Part shown: positions 1-10,876 of the stretch, in pieces
Layout: each line of letters starts with the position of its first letter
How positions within the stretch are numbered: position 1 is the first letter of the stretch
Source of the DNA: Carpediemonas membranifera BICM
Lineage: Eukaryota > Protista > Fornicata
NCBI GenBank assembly: GCA_019828565.1
Contig: JAHDYR010000062.1
Location: 171,566-235,565 of the forward strand
Reading direction: 5' to 3'
DNA: 64,000 nt
Notes under the pieces: model-generated
What the model saw: the letters and a program-made list of their open reading frames with translations, nothing else
Databases searched by the model: none
What the model was told of the DNA's origin: nothing
Program-made: the position numbers and the translations under genes

Positions 1-2296
1 GCCCTGATCCTGGCTGTGAAGACTACTGTATCCGCCAACCCACAGTGGTAGCAACCCGCGGTGTGTCTGTGGTACGGACAGACTCCCTTGGGCTCGCTCC
101 TGTTCTGCCATCCATTTGACCATGTTGTTACTGCTTCCAGGTAGTTGGCCTTGTCGAGGTTGTCCCTGAGGTTTTGGCCAGCCTCCTCCTTGCCGTTGTT
201 CTCCAGGATCTCTGGTAGCTTCTTCTCGTCCACCAGCCTAGCTTGGAAGAATTCCCTGGTTCCTTGCTCCAGTCCATTTGTGGGGTTCGTGAGGAGGAAG
301 CTTTCCATCTCCACCCCCTTTGCATACATGATTATCTTCCAACCCTCCGACCTTTCGATCCTTGCCAGCTGAGCCGCCAGGCGGTTGGCCCCAGTCCCTG
401 AAAGTATGTATGTGCTTCTCATACTCGATCGGCGGCCGCCCCGTCCCGACCTCCACGAAGGTGGCCGGCGGCAGCCCCGTCACTGCCCATGCCGTGTACC
501 TCGCTTGGTCCATGCTTGCTGCCGGTATGTCCTGGTAATACAGGCCATGCCCGTGTCCAAGAATGTCCCCAGTGCTGAGGTCAAAGAGTACGATCCCGCC
601 CTCAACCGGGATGGCAGGGGATCCCTGCCTTCTTGACGCCAGGGTCTGCGCACTCGAAGTCGATGGCTCCGATCACCAGTCGTTTCTCCTTGTCCTTTCT
701 AGGCATCCTCGGCGGCTGGCTGCTGACCTTGTTTGAGTCGACCTCCTCGTCCTGGTCGATCTTGCCTTGGTTGGCCCCGACCATGTCCTTGTTCACTTCC
801 AGGAGGCTGTCGTCGAGGCTTCTTCTGCCGGGCATGGTGGCCTGCTGGCGTCGTTCCTCCTTGTCCTTGACATGTTGCTCCTCGTCTCCGTCGATGACCG
901 TGCTAGCGGACGACCTGTCCAGATCGGCATGTTCGTCCCTATTGCTGCGGACCGAGGTGGCCTTGAGCACTTCCAGCCTCACCTTCCGGAACGGCGGCTC
1001 GTTGCTAAGGGGGTCTCCTCCCCCTTCGCCCAGGATATTGGTTCTGCCCTTCAGGTAGATCCCTGACTTGTTCCATGCTGCCTGCCATATGGCCGGGGCC
1101 TCCGGTGCCTGAAGCCTGAGGATGTCCCTAGCCTCCTCCATGAAGCGGCTGATGGACCATGCTGACGTGTCGCTTAGCTCTAGGATGACCCTGTACTTGC
1201 CGTCCTCTTGCTCGTAGGCCACTCTGGTGACCGGGCCTTGGTTTGCCGGATCCCATACCTTGTCGTAAGGCACGCCTTCTACGGCCTCGTCTCCATGAGC
1301 CCCTGATACCAGTATGAACGACCCTTCGGCCTTCTTGACGCTGTCCCTGTCTACATCCCATTCGATGGGCCCATCTTCCTTCGGCCGAGGATCGCCGTCT
1401 CGATGTCCTTCTCAGATGGCCATCTTGCCATGCCAGTGAAGCCCGCTTTCAGCGTCTTGGGCTCCAGTGCCTGTGCCATGTCCTTTGCTTCCTCGTCTCT
1501 GGGGTTGAGCGCCTCTGTGAGCATGTAGAAAAGGTCGCGGAGGCCGTGGATGCCGCATGGGTTCCTGAGGATGATGTCCTTGTTGTCAGTGACGCCGGTT
1601 GCGAAGAGGATGCGTCTGGCGTTCATGATTACTTCCTTGCGTCCTTTGGAGTTCGCATTGAGCGACTTTTCCTGTAAACTTGCCTGTTCTACGAAGAAGT
1701 AGAGTCCTTGAATCGTTCCTTTCAGCGAGGAAGCTGTCCAGTAGTTCCCTGATGTCCTCCCACTGCTTCTGCGTGGAATCCCTGATCCTTGTCGGTATTT
1801 CTACCTGCATTGTTGAGTGCAAAATTTCTCCCCTTTCCTAGTCCATAAACTGGGTCGGAATTTTTGGGTCCGAAAGTCGGGCCACATGTACATATCCGGG
1901 TGAGGTCTCCGTCCAGGCCTTCCAGTTTCTCCCATTGTCCATGCTCCGTACTATATAGGCCATTCTTTCAAAAAGGCGCGGTCCTAAAAATGCGTCGCCC
2001 TTTTTCTGAGTAGCGGGGCCTTTCTGTGTAGTTGTTGTTGCTTTGTTCGTAGTCTCCTTTTTAGCCTCTATCGACGGCCCCTGTTTCCCTTTTTGTGCTG
2101 CCCTTCCTTCCTTGTGGTCTTGACAAAACCATGTAGCCGCCGGTGCTAGCACTGGCCCTCGACGGTTGTTTTCCTTTTCCTTGTAAACATACGTTCCATG
2201 AAGACACTTTGATTCCTTGGTATGGGCGTGGAGCTCCCACTCGCGCCCAGCGGTATGCCCTGATAGCAACCCTTGAATGTTCAGACAGGAGGCCAA
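1..2296 (-). CDS. ORF1 copy A, N-terminal ~760 codons including the Maelstrom-like DEDDh exonuclease domain (start uncertain, frameshifted by probable read errors)
   Basis: ORF-track fragments 1838-2296, 1586-1822, 1351-1626, 602-1273 and 238-513 join into one reading frame when compared with copies B-D, whose breaks fall elsewhere. Confidence 0.75.
15..680 (-). other. DEDDh/ECHC (Maelstrom / arenavirus-NP-like) exonuclease domain, copy A
   Basis: IDFEC at 650-664, PVE at 601-609, CPYH-x6-YHCGLAD at 30-80. Confidence 0.75.
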
Positions 2297-2410
2297 GGCC
2301 GCTCCTTCTGAGCTCCATGGGGCACTGCCCTATCCATATAGGCCAGGCCTGTTGGTCCTTGTCCATCCATGATCGAAGTGTTTCCACTTTGCTGAAATCA
2401 TTGGTGAACT

Positions 2411-5400
2411 GACCCCCAAATGGCGAGTCGGACGCGAACGGGCAGCGCGCTCCTGGAATCAGCAGAGCGATACTCACTCCACGTATTCCGGTAGCGCGCG
2501 GTCCGGCGCCCTCCGCCCGCCTCGATGCTCGGCCGACCCAACTCGACCCTCGTCTGGATGCGACAGAGCAGGCGATTCCGGCCGAGCTCTGGATCTGAAT
2601 AGTAGACATACATGGTGCGTTTACTGACAGTGCGCTGCGTGCGTGCAGCGTGAGTGTGGGGTGTTCATTCAGAGTCGAGATGTGACTCGACCCCCAAATG
2701 GCGAGTCGGACGCGAACGGGCAGCGCGCTCCTGGAATCAGCAGAGCGATACTCACTCCACGTATTCCGGTAGCGCGCGGTCCGGCGCCCTCCGCCCGCCT
2801 CGATGCTCGGCCGACCCAACTCGACCCTCGTCTGGATGCGACAGAGCAGGCGACTCCAGCCGAGCTCTGGAGATGAATAGTAGATGCATATGGTGCGTTT
2901 TACTGACAGTGCGCTGCGTGCGTGCAGCGTGAGTGTGGGGTGTTCATTCAGAGTCGAGATGTGACTCGACTCCCCAAAAACGATGAGTCGGACGCGAACG
3001 GGCAGCGCGCTCCTGGAATCAGCAGAGCGATACTCACTCCACGTAGTCCGGTAGCGCGCGGTCCGGCGCCCTCCGCCCGCCTCGATGCTCGGCCGACCCA
3101 ACTCGACCCTCGTCTGGATGCGACAGAGCAGGCGATTCCGGCCGAGCTCTGGATCTGAATAGTAGATGCATATGGTGCGTTTACTGACAGTGCGCTGCGT
3201 GCGTGCAGCGTGAGTGTGGGGTGTTCATTCAGAGTCGAGATGTGACTCGACTCCCCAAAAGCGATGAGTCGGACGCGAACGGGCAGCGCGCTCCTGGAAT
3301 CAGCAGAGCGATACTCACTCCACGTAGTCCGGTAGCGCGCGGTCCGGCGCCCTCCGCCCGCCTCGATGCTCGGCCGACCCAACTCGACCCTCGTCTGGAT
3401 GCGACAGAGCAGGCGACTCCGGCCGAGCTCTGGATCTGAATAGTAGATGCATATGGTGCGTTTACTGACAGTGCGCTGCGTGCGTGCAGCGTGAGTGTGG
3501 GGTGTTCATTCAGAGTCGAGATGTGACTCGACCCCCAAAAACGATGAGTCGGACGCGAACGGGCAGCGCGCTCCTGGAATCAGCAGAGCGATACTCACTC
3601 CACGTATTCCGGTAGCGCGCGGTCCGGCGCCCTCCGCCCGCCTCGATGCTCGGCCGACCCAACTCGACCCTCGTCTGGATGCGACAGAGCAGGCGATTCC
3701 GGCCGAGCTCTGGATCTGAATAGTAGATGCATATGGTGCGTTTACTGACAGTGCGCTGCGTGCGTGCAGCGTGAGTGTGGGGTGTTCATTCAGAGTCGAG
3801 ATGTGACTCGACTCCCCAAATGGCGAGTCGGACGCGAACGGGCAGCGCGCTCCTGGAATCAGCAGAGCGATACTCACTCCACGTAGTCCGGTAGCGCGCG
3901 GTCCGGCGCCCTCCGCCCGCCTCGATGCTCGGCCGACCCAACTCGACCCTCGTCTGGATGCGACAGAGCAGGCGATTCCGGCCGAGCTCTGGATCTGAAT
4001 AGTAGATGCATATGGTGCGTTTACTGACAGTGCGCTGCGTGCGTGCAGCGTGAGTGTGGGGTGTTCATTCCAGAGTCGAGATGTGACTCGACTCCCAAAT
4101 GGCGAGTCGGACGCGAACGGGCAGCGCGCTCCTGGAATCAGCAGAGCGATACTCACTCCACGTATTCCGGTAGCGCGCGGTCCGGCGCCCTCCGCCCGCC
4201 TCGATGCTCGGCCGACCCAACTCGACCCTCGTCTGGATGCGACAGAGCAGGCGACTCCAGCCGAGCTCTGGAGATGAATAGTAGATGCATATGGTGCGTT
4301 TACTGACAGTGCGCTGCGTGCGTGCAGCGTGAGTGTGGGGTGTTCATTCAGAGTCGAGATGTGACTCGACTCCCCAAAACGATGAGTCGGACGCGAACGG
4401 GCAGCGCGCTCCTGGAATCAGCAGAGCGATACTCACTCCACGTAGTCCGGTAGCGCGCGGTCCGGCGCCCTCCGCCCGCCTCGATGCTCGGCCGACCCAA
4501 CTCGACCCTCGTCTGGATGCGACAGAGCAGGCGATTCCGGCCGAGCTCTGGATCTGAATAGTAGATGCATATGGTGCGTTTACTGACAGTGCGCTGCGTG
4601 CGTGCAGCGTGAGTGTGGGGTGTTCATTCAGAGTCGAGATGTGACTCGACTCCCAAAACGATGAGTCGGACGCGAACGGGCAGCGCGCTCCTGGAATCAG
4701 CAGAGCGATACTCACTCCACGTATTCCGGTAGCGCGCGGTCCGGCGCCCTCCGCCCGCCTCGATGCTCGGCCGACCCAACTCGACCCTCGTCTGGATGCG
4801 ACAGAGCAGGCGACTCCAGCCGAGCTCTGGAGATGAATAGTAGATGCATATGGTGCGTTTACTGACAGTGCGCTGCGTGCGTGCAGCGTGAGTGTGGGGT
4901 GTTCATTCAGAGTCGAGATGTGACTCGACTCCCAAAACGATGAGTCGGACGCGAACGGGCAGCGCGCTCCTGGAATCAGCAGAGCGATACTCACTCCACG
5001 TAGTCCGGTAGCGCGCGGTCCGGCGCCCTCCGCCCGCCTCGATGCTCGGCCGACCCAACTCGACCCTCGTCTGGATGCGACAGAGCAGGCGATTCCGGCC
5101 GAGCTCTGGATCTGAATAGTAGATGCATATGGTGCGTTTTACTGACAGTGCGCTGCGTGCGTGCAGCGTGAGTGTGGGGGTGTTCATTCAGAGTCGAGAT
5201 GTGACTCGACCCCCAAAACGCTGAGTCGGACGCGAACGGGCAGCGCGCTCCTGGAATCAGCAGAGCGATACTCACTCCACGTATTCCGGTAGCGCGCGGT
5301 CCAGCGCCCTCCGCCCGCCTCGATGCTCGGCCGACCCAACTCGACCCTCGTCTGGATGCGACAGAGCAGGCGATTCCGGCCGAGCTCTGGATCTGAATAG

Positions 5401-8400
5401 TAGATGCATATGGTGCGTTTACTGACAGTGCGCTGCGTGCGTGCAGCGTGAGTGTGGGGTGTTCATTCAGAGTCGAGATGTGACTCGACTCCCCAAATGG
5501 CGAGTCGGACGCGAACGGGCAGCGCGCTCCTGGAATCAGCAGAGCGATACTCACTCCACGTATTCCGGTAGCGCGCGGTCCGGCGCCCTCCGCCCGCCTC
5601 GATGCTCGGCCGACCCAACTCGACCCTCGTCTGGATGCGACAGAGCAGGCGATTCCGGCCGAGCTCTGGATCTGAATAGTAGATGCATATGGTGCGTTTA
5701 CTGACAGTGCGCTGCGTGCGTGCAGCGTGAGTGTGGGGTGTTCATTCAGAGTCGAGATGTGACTCGACTCCCAAAACGATGAGTCGGACGCGAACGGGCA
5801 GCGCGCTCCTGGAATCAGCAGAGCGATACTCACTCCACGTAGTCCGGTAGCGCGCGGTCCGGCGCCCTCCGCCCGCCTCGATGCTCGGCCGACCCAACTC
5901 GACCCTCGTCTGGATGCGACAGAGCAGGCGACTCCAGCCGAGCTCTGGATCTGAATAGTAGATGCATATGGTGCGTTTACTGACAGTGCGCTGCGTGCGT
6001 GCAGCGTGAGTGTGGGGTGTTCATTCAGAGTCGAGATGTGACTCGACTCCCCAAAACGATGAGTCGGACGCGAACGGGCAGCGCGCTCCTGGAATCAGCA
6101 GAGCGATACTCACTCCACGTAGTCCGGTAGCGCGCGGTCCGGCGCCCTCCGCCCGCCTCGATGCTCGGCCGACCCAACTCGACCCTCGTCTGGATGCGAC
6201 AGAGCAGGCGACTCCAGCCGAGCTCTGGATCTGAATAGTAGATGCATATGGTGCGTTTACTGACAGTGCGCTGCGTGCGTGCAGCGTGAGTGTGGGGTGT
6301 TCATTCAGAGTCGAGATGTGACTCGACTCCCCAAAACAGTCGAGTCCGGACGCGAACGGGCAGCGCGCTCCTGGAATCAGCAGAGCGATACCTCACTCCA
6401 CGTATTCCGGTAGCGCGCGGTCCGGCGCCCTCCGCCCGCCTCGATGCTCGGCCGACCCAACTCGACCCTCGTCTGGATGCGACAGAGCAGGCGATTCCGG
6501 CCGAGCTCTGGATCTGAATAGTAGATGCATATGGTGCGTTTACTGACAGTGCGCTGCGTGCGTGCAGCGTGAGTGTGGGGTGTTCATTCAGAGTCGAGAT
6601 GTGACTCGACTCCCAAATGCCGAGTCGGACGCGAACGGGCAGCGCGCTCCTGGAATCAGCAGAGCGATACTCACTCCACGTATTCCGGTAGCGCGCGGTC
6701 CGGCGCCCTCCGCCCGCCTCGATGCTCGGCCGACCCAACTCGACCCTCGTCTGGATGCGACAGAGCAGGCGACTCCGGCCGAGCTCTGGATCTGAATAGT
6801 AGATGCATATGGTGCGTTTACTGACAGTGCGCTGCGTGCGTGCAGCGTGAGTGTGGGGGTGTTCATTCAGAGTCGAGATGTGACTCGACTCCCCAAAACG
6901 ATGAGTCGGACGCGAACGGGCAGCGCGCTCCTGGAATCAGCAGAGCGATACTCACTCCACGTAGTCCGGTAGCGCGCGGTCCGGCGCCCTCCGCCCGCCT
7001 CGATGCTCGGCCGACCCAACTCGACCCTCGTCTGGATGCGACAGAGCAGGCGATTCCGGCCGAGCTCTGGATCTGAATAGTAGATGCATATGGTGCGTTT
7101 ACTGACAGTGCGCTGCGTGCGTGCAGCGTGAGTGTGGGGTGTTCATTCAGAGTCGAGATGTGACTCGACCCCCAAAATGGCGAGTCGGACGCGAACGGGC
7201 AGCGCGCTCCTGGAATCAGCAGAGCGATACTCACTCCACGTATTCCGGTAGCGCGCGGTCCGGCGCCCTCCGCCCGCCTCGATGCTCGGCCGACCCAACT
7301 CGACCCTCGTCTGGATGCGACAGAGCAGGCGACTCCGGCCGAGCTCTGGATCTGAATAGTAGACATGCATAGGTGCGTTTACTGACAGTGCGCTGCGTGC
7401 GTGCAGCGTGAGTGTGGGGTGTTCATTCAGAGTCGAGATGTGACTCGACCCCCAAATGGCGAGTCGGACGCGAACGGGCAGCGCGCTCCTGGAATCAGCA
7501 GAGCGATACTCACTCCACGTATTCCGGTAGCGCGCGGTCCGGCGCCCTCCGCCCGCCTCGATGCTCGGCCGACCCAACTCGACCCTCGTCTGGATGCGAC
7601 AGAGCAGGCGATTCCAGCCAGCTCTGGAGATGAATAGTAGATGCATCATGGTGCGTTTACTGACAGTGCGCTGCGTGCGTGCAGCGTGAGTGTGAGGTGT
7701 TCGTTCAGAGTCGAGATGTGACTCGACTCCCCAAAACGCGATGAGTCGGACGCGAACGGGCAGCGCGCTCCTGGAATCAGCAGAGCGATACTCACTCCAC
7801 GTAGTCCGGTAGCGCGCGGTCCGGCGCCCTCCGCCCGCCTCGATGCTCGGCCGACCCAACTCGACCCTCGTCTGGATGCGACAGAGCAGGCGATTCCGGC
7901 CGAGCTCTGGATCTGAATAGTAGATGCATATGGTGCGTTTACTGACAGTGCGCTGCGTGCGTGCAGCGTGAGTGTGGGGTGTTCATTCAGAGTCGAGATG
8001 TGAGCTCGACCCCCCAAATGGCGAGTCGGACGCGAACGGGCAGCGCGCTCCTGGAATCAGCAGAGCGATACTCACTCCACGTATTCCGGTAGCGCGCGGT
8101 CCGGCGCCCTCCGCCCGCCTCGATGCTCGGCCGACCCAACTCGACCCTCGTCTGGATGCGACAGAGCAGGCGACTCCGGCCGAGCTCTGGATCTGAATAG
8201 TAGACATACATGGTGCGTTTACTGACAGTGCGCTGCGTGCGTGCAGCGTGAGTGTGGGGTGTTCATTCAGAGTCGAGATGTGACTCGACCCCCAAATGGC
8301 GAGTCGGACGCGAACGGGCAGCGCGCTCCTGGAATCAGCAGAGCGATACTCACTCCACGTATTCCGGTAGCGCGCGGTCCGGCGCCCTCCGCCCGCCTCG

Positions 8401-9969
8401 ATGCTCGGCCGACCCAACTCGACCCTCGTCTGGATGCGACAGAGCAGGCGATTCCGGCCGAGCTCTGGATCTGAATAGTAGACATACATGGTGCGTTTAC
8501 TGACAGTGCGCTGCGTGCGTGCAGCGTGAGTGTGGGGTGTTCATTCAGAGTCGAGATGTGACTCAACCCCCAAATGGCGAGTCGGACGCGAACGGGCAGC
8601 GCGCTCCTGGAATCAGCAGAGCGATACTCACTCCACGTATTCCGGTAGCGCGCGGTCCGGCGCCCTCCGCCCGCCTCGATGCTCGGCCGACCCAACTCGA
8701 CCCTCGTCTGGATGCGACAGAGCAGGCGATTCCGGCCGAGCTCTGGATCTGAATAGTAGACATACATGGTGCGTTTACTGACAGTGCGCTGCGTGCGTGC
8801 AGCGTGAGTGTGGGGTGTTCATTCAGAGTCGAGATGTGACTCAACCCCCAAATGGCGAGTCGGACGCGAACGGGCAGCGCGCTCCTGGAATCAGCAGAGC
8901 GATACTCACTCCACGTATTCCGGTAGCGCGCGGTCCGGCGCCCTCCGCCCGCCTCGATGCTCGGCCGACCCAACTCGACCCTCGTCTGGATGCGACAGAG
9001 CAGGCGACTCCGGCCGAGCTCTGGATCTGAATAGTAGACATACATGGTGCGTTTTACTGACAGTGCGCTGCGTGCGTGCAGCGTGAGTGTGGGGTGTTCA
9101 TTCAGAGTCGAGATGTGACTCGACCCCCAAATGGCGAGTCGGACGCGAACGGGCAGCGCGCTCCTGGAATCAGCAGAGCGATACTCACTCCACGTATTCC
9201 GGTAGCGCGCGGTCCGGCGCCCTCCGCCCGCCTCGATGCTCGGCCGACCCAACTCGACCCTCGTCTGGATGCGACAGAGCAGGCGATTCCGGCCGAGCTC
9301 TGGATCTGAATAGTAGACATACATGGTGCGTTTACTGACAGTGCGCTGCGTGCGTGCAGCGTGAGTGTGGGGTGTTCATTCAGAGTCGAGATGTGACTCA
9401 ACCCCCAAATGGCGAGTCGGACGCGAACGGGCAGCGCGCTCCTGGAATCAGCAGAGCGATACTCACTCCACGTATTCCGGTAGCGCGCGGTCCGGCGCCC
9501 TCCGCCCGCCTCGATGCTCGGCCGACCCAACTCGACCCTCGTCTGGATGCGACAGAGCAGGCGATTCCGGCCGAGCTCTGGATCTGAATAGTAGACATAC
9601 ATGGTGCGTTTACTGACAGTGCGCTGCGTGCGTGCAGCGTGAGTGTGGGGTGTTCATTCAGAGTCGAGATGTGACTCAACCCCCAAATGGCGAGTCGGAC
9701 GCGAACGGGCAGCGCGCTCCTGGAATCAGCAGAGCGATACTCACTCCACGTATTCCGGTAGCGCGCGGTCCGGCGCCCTCCGCCCGCCTCGATGCTCGGC
9801 CGACCCAACTCGACCCTCGTCTGGATGCGACAGAGCAGGCGACTCCGGCCGAGCTCTGGATCTGAATAGTAGACATACATGGTGCGTTTACTGACAGTGC
9901 GCTGCGTGCGTGCAGCGTGAGTGTGGGGTGTTCATTCAGAGTCGAGATGTGACTCGACCCCCAAATGGC
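2411..9969. repeat. Tandem array 1: 27 units of a ~278-280 bp GC/CpG-rich repeat
   Basis: Unit GACCCCCAAATGGCGAGTCGGACGCG...CAGAGTCGAGATGTGACTC starts at 2411, 2689, 2968 ... 9678; a partial 28th unit (9956-9969) is cut by the element. Confidence 0.99.
9956..9969 (+). other. Target-site duplication, left copy (GACCCCCAAATGGC), element B
   Basis: The same 14-mer recurs at 18663-18676, immediately after the other end of the element; an uninterrupted repeat unit contains it once. Confidence 0.9.
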
Positions 9970-10876
9970 AAAGAAAGAAATTTATGGTGCTTGGATTCTG
10001 ACCCCGGACTGAGCTTGTTTCCCGTTGTCTTGGAGCTGAGTGCCCCGGGGGTACTGCCTATTTCCCGTGGCAAACTGGTCAGCAGCGTTTGCCTTGGGCT
10101 TTCGGTGCTACTGTCTCCGCGGAAAGCCGATTCCAATCGCCCCAGAGGCCCTGCGGCCATCTCCGTGCAAATATGCTTTCCTGTCTCCCTGAAAGTCCGG
10201 CAACTATCCGGGGAGCCTGGGGGTCTGTCCTCGGGGCATTGACAGGCAGGATCGTCCTGCAGAACCTTGACTATGACACTCCTTGCTTCCCTGCAGTCCT
10301 TGTAGAGCCGTTCAGCCACGGCACCCTCTCGTCTGTCCGGTTCCCCAATTCCATGCCCCCTCGACTCTGTTAAGAAGCCTACCCGAAGGCGGGGAAAGTG
10401 ACTAAGTCCATGCTGTCTACCCCGGTTAGGTGGCGTGGGTCAGGGCATGGGTGGTGTACCCCCAGGCACTAGGCCTGGTTGTCCTGTTACCCCTTACAAC
10501 ATTTCGCTTGCACTACATGTCCTTGGTTTCCCATGTCGTTAACAAGGGGCGGCAGGGGCACCTGTGCCCTCCGACCCCGTGGCCAGTCCCTGCAGTTTCC
10601 TTGGGGTCCCAACGAGTGGTGCAACCATATGAATATGGATTTCCTTGACCTTATCCTTGCTCTGTCCTTGTTGCATGTCCTTTCTTTCTTATTTCTGGTC
10701 TGTCCTTCCTGTTGTTTCCTTGCAGTCGTTCCTTCCCTTGCTTTGGTTCCTGGCTGCCGGGATGCGTGGGGCCTTTCCTCACTGATCCCAGGAGCTTAGC
10801 ACCAACGAGGGTGGTCCATAGCTGATTCCTTGTCCATCCCTTCCCGGTCCTGGAGTCAGGGGTTCATGACATGCTT

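Larger units (their letters stand above)
1..2410 (-). mobile_element. Non-LTR retrotransposon copy A (5' part only, cut by window start)
   Basis: Near-identical to 16245-18662 of full copy B; same 5' junction (...TTGGTGAACT|GACCCCCAAATGGC). Confidence 0.93.

Noticed and set aside
633-1058. Plus-strand ORFs over the element (also 27936-28586 and 16808-17362)
   Set aside because: Antisense shadows of ORF1/ORF2, S/L/P-rich, with no recognisable motifs.
2465-2590. U1-like ATACTCAC, U6-like ACAGAG and SRP-like AGCAG words in the repeat
   Set aside because: Isolated short words without the required neighbouring motifs. No tRNA or 5S rRNA pattern was seen either.
2684-2712. Minus-strand TCCGACTCGCCATTTGGGGGTCGAG resembles the dinoflagellate spliced leader (CCGTAGCCATTTTGGCTCAAG), which would suggest an SL-RNA array target
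   Set aside because: Several mismatches and indels, no GT donor directly after the AG, and this is the most variable part of the unit. A divergent SL gene is not fully excluded; mRNA 5' ends would settle it.
2411-9969. CRISPR array
   Set aside because: Units are near-identical over their whole ~279 bp, with no unique spacers and no cas genes.
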